Positions 9,947-20,566 of a stretch of DNA of 64,000 nt are shown here, one piece after another. Source of the stretch: Candidatus Hydrogenedentota bacterium (GTDB lineage: Bacteria; Hydrogenedentota; Hydrogenedentia; Hydrogenedentales; SLHB01); assembly GCA_963668025.2 (NCBI GenBank), contig CAXXTH010000010.1, positions 448,001-512,000 of the forward strand, written 5' to 3'. Position 1 is the stretch's first letter. Each line of letters begins with the position of its first letter. A model generated the notes under the pieces. That model made no database searches, was not told where the DNA came from, and was given only the letters and a program-made list of their open reading frames with translations. Made by a program: the position numbers and the translations under genes.

Positions 9947-11308
9947 TTGGGCGCGGAAATCCTCCTGCAACCGGAGGCGGCGCGGCATGCGGTAGAACGC
10001 CGGCGCTATCCTCGTTATCCGGCGGCGCGAGACGTCTTGTTCGAGGCGTTGGAAGGCAATCCCGTGCCTCGCCATGGCGTTCTCGTGGATTTGAGCCGGG
10101 AAGGATTCCGTATTCGCAGCGCCAAACCTGAATCAGCGGGAAGCCTGCTCCGCATCCATATCGCACCTTCATGCGCCCGCGCGGATAGCGTTCCTATTTG
10201 CGCCAGAGGACGCATCGTACGGCTCGCGCCATTGCCTGGCGGCCTGTATTCCATCGGCGTGCGGATTCAATTGGACCCTCTCGAAGGCGCTCTCCAGCGC
10301 CGCCGCAATCCTGCTTCCGGTGCGCCTCAAGCCAGCCGCCCAAGCCGCCCTCTAGCGCCCACACCCCTCCGCGTATTGCAGCGGCAAACGGAAGCCGAAT
10401 CTTCCGTACGCCGATGGAGATGGCTTTTCCTATTAGCGTTGCCGCTTTTCTTTTTTTGGGGACGGCCGCATTCTCCGGAACCGCCGACGAACGCCGAAGC
10501 CCTTGCCAGGGGCTCCCTTCCCGACGTTATCCGGCTAGGTAGCCCATATGATGCGGCCGCCCCCATTGAATTCGTTCCAAAAAGCATCGAAGAACGCTCA
10601 AGCCCCGCCCTTTTGCCATGTGCAAATGGAAACGGACATGGCCCGCCAGGGCCGTTAGGATCGCCAACGCAGCCCGCGCCATATGTGCGAAAACCTGTTT
10701 CTCCCGGACATGCATATTGGCTGGCGCGCCGCGGTTTGGCTCCTGCAAAAGCGTATGCATCGTGGCATGCCGTGCGTTTAGGCGGATTGGACACCGCCCC
10801 ACCGGGCGATGAATACCGCGCTACATCGCCGCAGGAAGCCCCCGCAGGATCTCAAGCCGCCCCGCCGCAGGCGTATGCGCCAGCTCCGATGTTTCTTTCG
10901 ACTGCTCCGAAGTGGGCAAACGCCCCTGTGGCGCTGGCCATCAACAAAAATACACACCGGCTTACCGTGTATCTTCATGGAACACCCGCGCGCACCTTTC
11001 TGGTAGGGCTTGGCCGGGATGGCTCCACCCCTTCAGGGGAATACCGCATCTCGACCAAAATTCGCCATCCGGATTGGTGGCGGCGCGGCGAGAGCATACC
11101 GGCGGGCGATCCGCGCAATCCGCTGGGGGAGTTTTGGCTGGGATTATCCCGTAATGGCTCCCCTCTTCCCATAGGGCTGCACCCGACATCCGAGCCCGCC
11201 ACTCTCGGCGCGGACGCCAGCGAGGGATGCATCCGGCTTGCCCCGGAAGACGCTCGGACGCTCTTCCAGCTATGCCCCTCGGGAACGCTTGTACAGATCC
11301 GGGAATGA
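9947..11308 (+). CDS. PilZ domain - TM - L,D-transpeptidase (YkuD) fusion
   Basis: RRYPR and DLSREG PilZ motifs; TM WLFLLALPLFFFWG; C-terminal TPSGEY..NPLG..LHPT..ASEGCIRL. Start codon uncertain. Confidence 0.85.
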   Translation: MGAEILLQPEAARHAVERRRYPRYPAARDVLFEALEGNPVPRHGVLVDLSREGFRIRSAKPESAGSLLRIHIAPSCARADSVPICARGRIVRLAPLPGGLYSIGVRIQLDPLEGALQRRRNPASGAPQASRPSRPLAPTPLRVLQRQTEAESSVRRWRWLFLLALPLFFFWGRPHSPEPPTNAEALARGSLPDVIRLGSPYDAAAPIEFVPKSIEERSSPALLPCANGNGHGPPGPLGSPTQPAPYVRKPVSPGHAYWLARRGLAPAKAYASWHAVRLGGLDTAPPGDEYRATSPQEAPAGSQAAPPQAYAPAPMFLSTAPKWANAPVALAINKNTHRLTVYLHGTPARTFLVGLGRDGSTPSGEYRISTKIRHPDWWRRGESIPAGDPRNPLGEFWLGLSRNGSPLPIGLHPTSEPATLGADASEGCIRLAPEDARTLFQLCPSGTLVQIRE

Positions 11309-11361
11309 CGGCGCATGCCGGAAATTTGTAGTAAGTCCATGCGCCTATGTAGCATAACCGC

Positions 11362-12747
11362 ATGTCTTCACCAAAAGAGAACTTTCTGCGCTGGCTGGAG
11401 CGCTGGCGGCAATTCGCCACACATGACGTATGGCGCATCGGCGCGCCGGGCGAACAAATCCCCCATGGCTTCCTCATCAAGCAGATCCGCGTCATGATTC
11501 TGCTCATGCAAGGCTTAGTGCGCGACGCTTTGCTCTTGCGGGCCTCAGCCCTGGCGTTCACCACGCTTCTTTCGCTGGTGCCGCTGCTCATCGTGATGGT
11601 CTACATTGTCCAAAGCTTCGATCTCCAGGATCAGATCAAGGATTTCATCAAAAGCCAAGTCTTTCGAGGAATCGCGCAAGACAGCGGCGGTGACGCTCCA
11701 GCCATCGTGCTCGACGGCCAATCATTCGCCAATCCCGTGGATATCTTGTTTGATTTCGCAGAACGTGGCTCCAATCCGAAAACCTTAGGTGTTTGGGGAG
11801 TCTTGTTTGTGGTGTTCACCGTGTTTGGCCTGATGAACAATATCGAATCTTCATTCAATCAGATCTGGGGCATCAAGCGCATGCGTTCGATCTACCGAAT
11901 GGCGTCGGATTACATGATGGTGATGCTGCTCTTGCCCTTTCTCGCCGCAGGCATGCTCAGCTCGACGGCCATCTTGAAAAGCACGCTCCTGGAATATCAG
12001 TATTTGCAGCGCTATCTCATCTGGGCGTCGAATTACGCCATTGTCTGGCTCGCGTTCACCGCGCTCTACGTGTTCGTGCCCAACACACGCGTGAAAATCC
12101 CGTATGCCTTCCTGGGCGGCGTCGTGGCGGGCACGCTCTGGAATCTGGCTTCCTGGGCGTATGTCACCTTCCAGTTCGGCATCCTGCGCTACAAGCTTAT
12201 TTATTTGACGCTGGCCCAAGCGCCGCTGCTGCTGGCATGGATTTTCATCAGTTGGGTGATTCTCCTGTTCGGCGCGGAGCTGGCGTTTGCGTATCAAAAC
12301 GAAAAAACCTTCGCCATGGAACGCCTTGCCGCTGGGGCCAGCCATGCCTACCGGGAAGCCGTGGCGCTCCGCGCCATGCTCGAAATGGCATGGCGCTTCG
12401 ATACGGGCGCGCCCGGCCTTGAAACTGCCCATGCCGGGGAAGCATGGAATGTGCCCACGCGGTTGATCAACGAAACGATAGACCAGCTCGAACGGGCGGG
12501 CCTGGTCCGGCGCTGCGCCACGGAGCCTGCTACATTCCAGCCCGCACGCTCTATAAACAAAATCACGTTGGGCGATATTGTCCACGCCTTGCGCGAGGCC
12601 GGACGCGATCCTTCCGCGTTCCGTGAGGACACAGTCTTCCGGTCGCTACTCGACGCCCTTCAAGATACAGGTGGCGGCGCGCTGCACCGAACGCTCGCGG
12701 AAGCGATCCAGGACGAACGCCTGCGCCCCACGCTGGCCATGGAATAA
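11362..12747 (+). CDS. YihY/BrkB family membrane protein with C-terminal winged HTH
   Basis: RASALAFTTLLSLVP, IESSFNQIWG, LYVFVPNTRV and LFGAEL motifs. Confidence 0.85.
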   Translation: MSSPKENFLRWLERWRQFATHDVWRIGAPGEQIPHGFLIKQIRVMILLMQGLVRDALLLRASALAFTTLLSLVPLLIVMVYIVQSFDLQDQIKDFIKSQVFRGIAQDSGGDAPAIVLDGQSFANPVDILFDFAERGSNPKTLGVWGVLFVVFTVFGLMNNIESSFNQIWGIKRMRSIYRMASDYMMVMLLLPFLAAGMLSSTAILKSTLLEYQYLQRYLIWASNYAIVWLAFTALYVFVPNTRVKIPYAFLGGVVAGTLWNLASWAYVTFQFGILRYKLIYLTLAQAPLLLAWIFISWVILLFGAELAFAYQNEKTFAMERLAAGASHAYREAVALRAMLEMAWRFDTGAPGLETAHAGEAWNVPTRLINETIDQLERAGLVRRCATEPATFQPARSINKITLGDIVHALREAGRDPSAFREDTVFRSLLDALQDTGGGALHRTLAEAIQDERLRPTLAME

Positions 12748-12763
12748 CATGGCGTTCTCTAGA

Positions 12764-12952
12764 GACCAAGAAATACACTAAACACACTAAAATAAAAAGG
12801 GAAGTATCGTACGACTTCGACTAATCACTAATGATCCGGCTGTCATCATCAACGCTATTTGTGGATCATGAAAAAGAACACGAATCACATTATCACAGCC
12901 AATTGCTCTTCACGCCAAGACATACTATATTATTTTAGTGTATTCAGTGGTC
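12764..12952. repeat. 9-bp-periodic inverted repeat pair around an AT-rich spacer
   Basis: GACCAAGAAATACACTAAACACACTAAAATA (12764-12794) vs TATTTTAGTGTATTCAGTGGTC (12931-12952). Confidence 0.65.
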
Positions 12953-13027
12953 CAAAAATCTGTACCTTTCGATGCGGCAACCGTATACTAGATTCTTTCA
13001 TGGTTCCCCCAAAAAGGAGATGATAAT

Positions 13028-13753
13028 ATGCTATTGAAAGGCAAGACGGCGCTGATCACCGGCGCGGGACGCGGCATAGGCCGGGCTATCGCCTTGGCGT
13101 ATGCGGAAGAAGGCTGCCAAATCGCCGCCGTGGCGCGCACGGCATCCGAGGTCGAAGAAACCGCCGAAACGGTCCGCACCCTCGGGTGCAAGGCCATCGC
13201 GCTTGTGGCCGATGTGACGAATCCCTCGGGCGTTCAACGCACCATTGATGAAACCCTCGCCGCCTTCGGCGCAATTGACCTGTTAGTGAACAACGCGGGC
13301 TACGCCGATTTCAAGCCCTTCACCGAATACACGCTGGAGGAATGGCAGCAATCCCTGGCCGTGAACCTAACCGCTCCATTTCTATACATGCAGGCCGTGG
13401 CCCCGCATATGATCGAGCGCAAATCGGGCCGCATGATCAACATCAGTAGCGTGGCCGGTTTACGCCCCATCAAACACCAGAGCGCCTATTGCGCCGCCAA
13501 ACACGGTCTGAACGGCCTGTGCAAGGTGCTGGCCATGGAACTGCGCGAATACGGCATCGGCGTCCATTGGGTGTGCCCGGGCGGCGTGGATACGAAGCTG
13601 TCGCAGGAGGCCATGCCCGACCGGGATAAATCGAGCTGGATGACGCCGGATGACATCGCCTATGTGTGCCTGTTTCTCGCGGGGCTAAGCCCGCGCGCCA
13701 CGGTGGACGAAGTCATGATCCGCCGCTTCGGCAGTGTGCCGCTGGGAGGCTGA
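13028..13753 (+). CDS. SDR family oxidoreductase
   Basis: TGAGRGIG, NNAG and YCAAK motifs. Confidence 0.92.
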   Translation: MLLKGKTALITGAGRGIGRAIALAYAEEGCQIAAVARTASEVEETAETVRTLGCKAIALVADVTNPSGVQRTIDETLAAFGAIDLLVNNAGYADFKPFTEYTLEEWQQSLAVNLTAPFLYMQAVAPHMIERKSGRMINISSVAGLRPIKHQSAYCAAKHGLNGLCKVLAMELREYGIGVHWVCPGGVDTKLSQEAMPDRDKSSWMTPDDIAYVCLFLAGLSPRATVDEVMIRRFGSVPLGG

Positions 13754-13762
13754 ACGCATTTG

Positions 13763-15934
13763 ATGGACCGCCCCGGAGAACAGCCTGGCCTCTTGCCTGC
13801 GGACATACACGCCATGGAGTGCGTGCAAGGCTCCGTGCTGCGCATCGTCTTCGAGAGCGCGGAATCGGGATTCCTGGTGGGGAGGCTGCGTTCCGAGGAT
13901 ACGGGCGATGAAGTCACTTTTGTCGGCTCGATGCTCGCCGTGTCCCCCGGCGACACCATGCGCCTGTGGGGGCGCTGGGAAGAAAATTCAAAATTTGGCC
14001 GCCAGCTCCGCGTGCATCGTTTCGAGACCATCCTGCCTAGCACCATCGACGGCATCGAGCGGTATCTGGGCAGCGGGATGATCAAAGGCATAGGCCGCGT
14101 CTACGCCAAGCGCCTCGTGAAGGCCTTCGGCGCGGACACCTTGCGCATCATCAACGAAGAGCCGGAAAAACTGCGCAATGTGGCGGGCATCGGGCGCAAG
14201 CGCATCCATATCATCAAAGAAGCCTGGCAAGAGCAGCGCGCCATCCAATCGATTATGGTGTTCCTGCAAGGCCACGGCATCCCGATAGGCCAGGCCGTGC
14301 GCATCTACAAACGGTATGGCGATAAGGCCATCACGGTACTGCGGGAGAATCCCTACCGTTTGGCCTACGAGGTTTCGGGCATCGGCTTCAAGACCGCCGA
14401 TGCGATTGCAGCGGAGATGGGCATTCCACGCGATTCTGCCGTGCGCGCCGAGGCGGGCCTGCGCTACTCATTGGATGAGGCGTCAGGCGAAGGGCATGTA
14501 TATATGCCCTGGCTGGAACTCCGCCAGCAAGCGTCGGCGTTGTTGGGCGTGAAACCGGAAGTGCTCGATGCGCCGCTCACAAGCGCCGTGCGCAGTGGCG
14601 GAGTCATCCAAGATGGCGAAGCCATTTACCTGCCCTATCTCCACCAAGCGGAACTGGGTGTCTGCTCGCTGCTGAAGGGGCTTCTCCAAACGCCTATGGA
14701 TAAAGTGTCCATTCAGACGGAGAAAGCCATCGAGTGGGTCGAAAAGACCAAAGGGATTGCATTATCCGAGGAGCAGCGCCAGGCCATCCGCATGGCCATC
14801 GACTCGAAGGTGATGGTGATCACTGGCGGGCCGGGCACGGGTAAAACGACGGTGCTAAATGGGCTGCTGGAGATTTTCGACAAAAAACGGCTGGGCATTC
14901 TCCTCGCCGCGCCGACCGGGCGCGCGGCCAAGCGCATGGAAGCCGCCACGGGCCGTGAGGCCAAAACGCTCCACCGGCTTCTCGAATTTAGCCCAATCAA
15001 TGGCCGCTTCACGCGCGACGAGCAAAATCCACTGGATGCCGACCTGGTGGTCATCGACGAGTGTTCGATGGTGGACATCTCGCTCATGCACCACACCCTC
15101 AAGGCCATCGCGCCAAACACCCGCCTTTTTCTCGTGGGCGACGTGGACCAGCTCCCGTCAGTAGGCCCCGGCAATGTATTGCTCGATGTCATATCGAGCC
15201 AGGCGGTTCCCACCATCTGGCTGAAGACCGTGTTCCGCCAGGACGCCCAGAGCGGCATTGTCTTGAACGCGCACCGCATTAACCAGGGCCAATCGCCCCA
15301 ATTCAACACCACGGACTTTTTTTTCGTCGAGCGCGAGGAACCCGCCCGCGCCGTGGACACCATTCTCGAACTGGTGGCCGAACGCATTCCGCGCAAGTTT
15401 GGCTTCGATCCGAAGCGCGACATCCAAGTCCTTGCCCCCATGCGGCGCGGCGATGCAGGCGTCACGGCCCTGAACGCCGCCCTCAAGGAAGCCCTCAACC
15501 CCGGCGCCGAACCCATCGCCCGGCGGCCTTTCGGCATCGGCGACAAGGTCATGCAACAGCGGAACAACTACGAACTCGATGTATACAACGGCGATATCGG
15601 CGTGCTCACTCGAGTGGACGAAGAGATGAAAGAAGCGCAAGTCCGCTTCGATGACCGCGAGGTGATTTACCCTTTCGACACCTTGGACGAACTCGAACTC
15701 GCCTACGCGGGAACGGTCCATAAAGCCCAAGGCTCCGAGTATCCCGCCGTCGTTATGCCGATGCTGACGCAACATTTCGTCATGCTCCAGCGCAATATTC
15801 TCTATACAGGCGTCACCCGGGCCAGCAAACTCGTGATCATCGTCGGCACGCCGCGCGCGGTGGACCTCGCCATCCGCAACACGAAAGTCACGCGCCGCAA
15901 TACGGGCTTGGTGGAGCGGCTCCGAACGAAATAG
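13763..15934 (+). CDS. recD2: RecD2 (RecD/TraA family) helicase
   Basis: N-terminal HhH motifs, GGPGTGKT, APTGRAAKR, VIDE, GDVDQLPSVGPG, HKAQGSEY. Confidence 0.92.
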   Translation: MDRPGEQPGLLPADIHAMECVQGSVLRIVFESAESGFLVGRLRSEDTGDEVTFVGSMLAVSPGDTMRLWGRWEENSKFGRQLRVHRFETILPSTIDGIERYLGSGMIKGIGRVYAKRLVKAFGADTLRIINEEPEKLRNVAGIGRKRIHIIKEAWQEQRAIQSIMVFLQGHGIPIGQAVRIYKRYGDKAITVLRENPYRLAYEVSGIGFKTADAIAAEMGIPRDSAVRAEAGLRYSLDEASGEGHVYMPWLELRQQASALLGVKPEVLDAPLTSAVRSGGVIQDGEAIYLPYLHQAELGVCSLLKGLLQTPMDKVSIQTEKAIEWVEKTKGIALSEEQRQAIRMAIDSKVMVITGGPGTGKTTVLNGLLEIFDKKRLGILLAAPTGRAAKRMEAATGREAKTLHRLLEFSPINGRFTRDEQNPLDADLVVIDECSMVDISLMHHTLKAIAPNTRLFLVGDVDQLPSVGPGNVLLDVISSQAVPTIWLKTVFRQDAQSGIVLNAHRINQGQSPQFNTTDFFFVEREEPARAVDTILELVAERIPRKFGFDPKRDIQVLAPMRRGDAGVTALNAALKEALNPGAEPIARRPFGIGDKVMQQRNNYELDVYNGDIGVLTRVDEEMKEAQVRFDDREVIYPFDTLDELELAYAGTVHKAQGSEYPAVVMPMLTQHFVMLQRNILYTGVTRASKLVIIVGTPRAVDLAIRNTKVTRRNTGLVERLRTK

Positions 15935-16073
15935 CCTCAAAATTAGGCGTAGCCGCACGGTTTCAAGTATGCTATGGCTTGCGCGCATATCATGCCGGGG
16001 CCCGATATATGCGCCGCATGCGTATCACCTGTTTTATGGAATCCTTTACGATGTCATGGAAAGGAACGCTGCG

Positions 16074-18239
16074 ATGGTTCTCATGAAAACACGCCTACTA
16101 GCCGTCTTGCTGGCGGCAGGCTTTCTGGCGACGGGTTGCGGGCAGCCCACCCCAGAACCGGCGGCGCATGAAGAAATCCAGCCAAAATCTGTTATGGAAA
16201 CGGCAACGAGCAAGAATCAAGTCATCATCCGCCGCGATACGTGGGGTGTGCCGCATATTTTCGCGGACAGCCTGGCGGACGCCGCTTTCGGGCTTGGCTA
16301 CGCCCAGGCGGAAGACCGCGCGGAAGACCTATTCATCGCCATTCGCACGGCCACGGGAACCATGGCCGAAGCCTTCGGGGAGGACTACATCGAACAAGAT
16401 TACCGAATGCGCGTGGCGCGCAATGCGGAGCGCTGTCAAACCTATTGGCCGCATGCGCCTGGGCGCTTGAAGGCCATCGGGGATCGCTTTATCCAAGGCG
16501 TCCAGGCTTGGCTCGACGCCCATCCGGGCCAGCGCCCCGCATGCGCCATGGAACTTGAAGGCTGGCAATCCGCCGCCGTCGGATACGCCATGATCCTGCG
16601 CTGGCCCATGGGCGAACTGCAAGATGAACTCAACCAAAAAGAACATGCGCCGGATTACGGCTCAAACGCATGGGCGGTCGCGCCTTCCCGTTCCGCCGAT
16701 GGGTGCGCCATCCTGTTGTCTGATCCCCACCTTACGTGGAAGGGCTTAGCGGTTTTCTACGAAGCGCGCATCCATTGCCCCGAAGCGGACCTCTGCGGTT
16801 TTTTCTGCATCGGCTCGCCGCTCATGGCCTTCGGCCATAATGGCCACGTGGCGTGGGCCTGCACCACCGGCGGCCCTGACACGTCGGATGTCTACCGCAT
16901 GAAGCTCAATCCGTTGAATCCCATGCAATATGAGTTTGATGGCGCATGGCGCGACGCCCAAGTCGAGGCCGTCGAGATCCGCGTAAAGGATGCGAATTCC
17001 ATCGTGCGCCCCGTGGCCTGGACGCATCTCGGGCCGGTGCTCGAAGAGCCGGACCTCCAGCAAGGCGTCGCGTATGTAGGCGCATCGCCCTATTTCACCC
17101 GCACGGGCCTTATCGAGCAGCTCTACCGGATGAACACGGCGCATAATGCGTCTGAATTCCGGGAAGCCCTCGCGATGAACGAATTCATGGCGCAAAACAT
17201 CCTATTCGCGGACACGGGCGGGCATATCGGCTACGTCCGCACCGGGGCCACGCCTATCCGTCCCGATGGGTATGACTGGTCGCTGCCCGTGCCGGGCAAT
17301 ACATCGGCCACGGCCTGGCTAGGCATTCATCCCATGGACGATCTGGTGCAGATCATGGACCCCGTCCAAGGATATCTCCAGAACTGCAACATCACACCAG
17401 CGCGCATGATGAAGGATTCTCCCTTGCAGCCCGAGCGCTACCGCCCCTATATCTACAACGCCACGGCGGATAAGCCCATGAATCCGCGTGGACGGCGCGC
17501 CTTGGAACTCCTCGACGCCGACAGCGCCATCAGCAAAGACAAAGCAATGGCCATCGCCTTTGATGTGCATGACGAACTGGCAGGCCCATGGCAGGCGGCG
17601 CTGCGGGCGGCGATAGCGCTCGATTCGGAACAGCGCATGCAAGACCCTGCATTGGCTGCCGCGGCGTCTTCCGTACTCGCGTGGGATGGGTACTATGCGG
17701 CGGACCGCTATGGAGCCGTGTTGATGCGCTTTTGGCGGCAGCAATGCGAAGCCGCGGAAATGGACAGCGCCGCGATTGCGCCTGCCGAGGCCATCACGCC
17801 GGAATTGGCCCGCACGCTGCTCGAACGGTTCGCGGAAGCCATCGCGTTGTTACAGTCCCGGTATGGCTCGGCGGACCCCGCCTGGGGAGAGGTATTCCAA
17901 GTGGGCCGGGAAGGACGCTTCGCACCCGCATCCGGCGCGGAATATGGCTCCGGCGGCTACTTCACGGAAACCCTGTTCGATGTGCGCTCGGAAGAACAGC
18001 CGGATGGCCGCTTTTTGGCCCGCAAAGGCTCGATGGCCACCCAATTGATGTTTCTGCGGCCCGATGGCGTCGAGTCCTATTCCTGCACACCCTGGGGCCA
18101 AAGCGGCCATCCGGATTCTCCCCATTACATGGACCAAGGAGAACAACTACACGGGCTCCGCGTCTTCAAACCGGCGTGGTTCAATCCAGAAAAGCTGATG
18201 GAGCATCTCAAATCCGAGGAGCGCATTCCGCTGCCATGA
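16074..18239 (+). CDS. Penicillin/AHL acylase family Ntn-hydrolase, lipoprotein
   Basis: LATGC lipobox, RRDTWGVPHI, GYAQAEDR, GSNAW (beta-subunit Ser), DPHL. Confidence 0.88.
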   Translation: MVLMKTRLLAVLLAAGFLATGCGQPTPEPAAHEEIQPKSVMETATSKNQVIIRRDTWGVPHIFADSLADAAFGLGYAQAEDRAEDLFIAIRTATGTMAEAFGEDYIEQDYRMRVARNAERCQTYWPHAPGRLKAIGDRFIQGVQAWLDAHPGQRPACAMELEGWQSAAVGYAMILRWPMGELQDELNQKEHAPDYGSNAWAVAPSRSADGCAILLSDPHLTWKGLAVFYEARIHCPEADLCGFFCIGSPLMAFGHNGHVAWACTTGGPDTSDVYRMKLNPLNPMQYEFDGAWRDAQVEAVEIRVKDANSIVRPVAWTHLGPVLEEPDLQQGVAYVGASPYFTRTGLIEQLYRMNTAHNASEFREALAMNEFMAQNILFADTGGHIGYVRTGATPIRPDGYDWSLPVPGNTSATAWLGIHPMDDLVQIMDPVQGYLQNCNITPARMMKDSPLQPERYRPYIYNATADKPMNPRGRRALELLDADSAISKDKAMAIAFDVHDELAGPWQAALRAAIALDSEQRMQDPALAAAASSVLAWDGYYAADRYGAVLMRFWRQQCEAAEMDSAAIAPAEAITPELARTLLERFAEAIALLQSRYGSADPAWGEVFQVGREGRFAPASGAEYGSGGYFTETLFDVRSEEQPDGRFLARKGSMATQLMFLRPDGVESYSCTPWGQSGHPDSPHYMDQGEQLHGLRVFKPAWFNPEKLMEHLKSEERIPLP

Positions 18240-19240
18240 CCACGCCGCTTGACAGTATGGATATAGTGGCGGAAGTCATCCGCACCCATTACGGATTCGC
18301 CCGGGTGGGCCGGCCGGAGCCGTTGCCCGGAGCCCATCAGCGGCGGCACCAGAAATTAGTGGCCGCTACCTCGGAAGGCCCATTCCTGGCGAAAACATAC
18401 GTGCGCGATCCTTATGTTTTGGATGATCTCCGTTTTCAGCATCGCTTGTCGGACCATCTTTCCCGCCATGGGCTGCCGATAGCGCACATCCAGCCCGCCC
18501 GCAATGGCAAGCGCATTGTCGAGGTCGATGACTGGGCGCTGGAATTGCAGGTGTTTGTACAGGGCGAACCCATGCGCGTCACCCCCGGTACGCTGGCGAT
18601 TGCGGGCGGCGCTCTCGGGCGCTTTCATGAGGTTTGCCGGGATCTGCCCCGCCCGCCGCGTGATGCCCGTTTATGGCGCTTCAGCGAGGTGCCCCGTGGC
18701 TTGTTCGCGCAATTCTTCAACAGCGCATGCGAGGCGGGCGGCGGGCCTGGCGCGATAGAACAATGCAATCAGGTCGCCTTGTTTCTGCATAGTGCGGCAA
18801 AAGCCTTGTCCATCGAAAACCGCGACCGATTCGAGACGGGCCTCATCCACGGCGATTGGCATGGCGGCAATATGTTGTTTCATGACGGACAGCTCGCGGC
18901 GATTTTAGATCTGGAATTCGCCGGTGACGGCTGTTTTCTAGAGGATTTAGCATACGCCGTATCGAGCCTTTGCATCCGCACCTCCACGGACGCCGCGAAA
19001 CTCACCCAGCGCACCGAGCAGTTCCTTCACGCGTATGAAGTCCACCGCCGCTTATCTTTCTATGAACGGGCCGCTTTATTCTACGCCGCCGGCGTCAAGC
19101 AAGTCGCTTCCATCTCTTACCAGCTTCCCTTGCTAGAGGGGCGTTTGGCGGGCCATAATGCCGCCGAATGGCTCGAACGCCTCGCACTCCAATGCGAATG
19201 GATGCATGAACGGGCGCGTGAAATACGTCCCGGAACGTAA
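18236..19240 (+). CDS. APH/homoserine kinase type II-like phosphotransferase
   Basis: HGDWHGGN and ILDLE motifs; ATGA overlap with the acylase gene. Confidence 0.8.
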   Translation: MTTPLDSMDIVAEVIRTHYGFARVGRPEPLPGAHQRRHQKLVAATSEGPFLAKTYVRDPYVLDDLRFQHRLSDHLSRHGLPIAHIQPARNGKRIVEVDDWALELQVFVQGEPMRVTPGTLAIAGGALGRFHEVCRDLPRPPRDARLWRFSEVPRGLFAQFFNSACEAGGGPGAIEQCNQVALFLHSAAKALSIENRDRFETGLIHGDWHGGNMLFHDGQLAAILDLEFAGDGCFLEDLAYAVSSLCIRTSTDAAKLTQRTEQFLHAYEVHRRLSFYERAALFYAAGVKQVASISYQLPLLEGRLAGHNAAEWLERLALQCEWMHERAREIRPGT

Positions 19241-19319
19241 CAGCGCGGAGACAAGCGGCTTCACCGGATTGGACAGGCATGCGCCAAGCCTGTGTCGAGG
19301 TGTTATCCAGGCCTGCAAA

Positions 19320-20063
19320 TCAGCCAATGGCGAACAAGCTGTCAATGCATTTCGGAACCGAAGGCATTTCGTCCCAGGTCCGTCCATCGAGAAGACGGCC
19401 GTTCTTCTTTTTGTTGACGCCTCCCCATTGCTTGAAAAAGAACGGAACCTTTGACTGGCGGCAATGGTCGCGAATGCCTGCGGCCCATTCCTTGCGCATG
19501 GGCCGGGCGCTTGGACCGGACTCACCGCCGACAATCGCCCAATCCACGCCCCGCAAGTCTAATGTATCCACCGGACCGAGCAGAGGCTCGAAAGAAACAA
19601 ATTTGATATGGGCGTTTGTCTTGCGCAGATGGTCGATACGAAAGGCGTAATCCTGGCTTTCCACGCTCACACCCATCCAAATATGCGGCTCCCACGGAAT
19701 GGCCGGATTAAGCTCCTCCAGCCGCTCAGCGCGTTTCGTAAGCACCTGGTATTGATGCCAATTGGCCTTGCGCATGATATCGAAAACGCGAAAGATGAAA
19801 TCCACCGGAACCGATTGGTGGAAAAGGTCGCTCATGGAGTTCACGAAAATCGTCTGCGGCTTCTTCCACGTCAAAGGCAGTTCGAGGGCGTGCTCGTGGA
19901 CGGTTATGTCAAAGCCATTGGCATAATTTGCCTGTCCCATGGCCTTCAGCCGCTTGGCCATGCGTTCGGCATAACAATGCTTGCAGCCCGGACTGATCTT
20001 CGTACAGCCCGTCACCGGATTCCAGGTGGATTCCGTCCATTCTATCGCGGAATTATTGGCCAT
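19320..20063 (-). CDS. DUF5131 (phage Gp37/Gp68) three-Cys radical-SAM-like protein
   Basis: [49 protein letters not shown]. Confidence 0.9.
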   Translation of the reverse strand: MANNSAIEWTESTWNPVTGCTKISPGCKHCYAERMAKRLKAMGQANYANGFDITVHEHALELPLTWKKPQTIFVNSMSDLFHQSVPVDFIFRVFDIMRKANWHQYQVLTKRAERLEELNPAIPWEPHIWMGVSVESQDYAFRIDHLRKTNAHIKFVSFEPLLGPVDTLDLRGVDWAIVGGESGPSARPMRKEWAAGIRDHCRQSKVPFFFKQWGGVNKKKNGRLLDGRTWDEMPSVPKCIDSLFAIG

Positions 20064-20335
20064 TATGAATCTCGTCTTTCACGGTGTTTGCGGAATACTT
20101 GCCCTGCTATTTTTGCGGCAGTCGCATTCTGTGATGCGAAGAACAAGTAATAAACAATAGCACCTTTAGAGTTCCTCATCGGCATAGGTTCAGGTACATA
20201 CTTGAAACCCGCCACCTCTCGCAACCGTTCGCGAAACGCGTTGACGATAACTTCATTGTCTACTTTTTCCTCACCAAATAGTAAACCTTGTCCCGAACGC
20301 GTGACGTTCCGCTATGACTCATCACCCCAGAAGGT
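20063..20335 (-). pseudogene. tcmP: 3' remnant of three-Cys-motif partner protein (TcmP-like)
   Basis: Hand translation: FWGDES*RN...FRERLREVAGFKYVPEPMPMRNSKGAIVYYLFFASQN...; TAATG coupling to the DUF5131 gene; internal TAG at 20312-20314; 5' part absent. Confidence 0.7.
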
Positions 20336-20458
20336 TTTAGCAAATGAAGAAGAGTATATTATGTACGTGCCGTTTGTTCTATGCGAGCGGGCTTGCGCCG
20401 GGGGCCGGGGAGGGCGGAATGCAACGGAGGCTCGCCTGTTGTATAGGCGTAATGCTTA

Positions 20459-20532
20459 TCTCTGTGTTACACTGTGTCTCAGCGGCGAATGAGCCGGAGT
20501 GTTCACCACAGAGACACAGAGGGGCACAGAGA
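20459..20532. repeat. Periodic (CACAGAGNN-type) hairpin, left boundary of cassette
   Basis: 31-bp arms at 20459-20489 and 20502-20532 with a 12-nt loop. Confidence 0.8.
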
Positions 20533-20566
20533 AGAGGACGATGAGAGTAAATGGAGGATAGGTGAG

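Noticed and set aside
17588-18235. N-terminal extension of the 550-aa ORF
   Set aside because: It overlaps the acylase in another frame; the real start is the coupled ATG at 18236.
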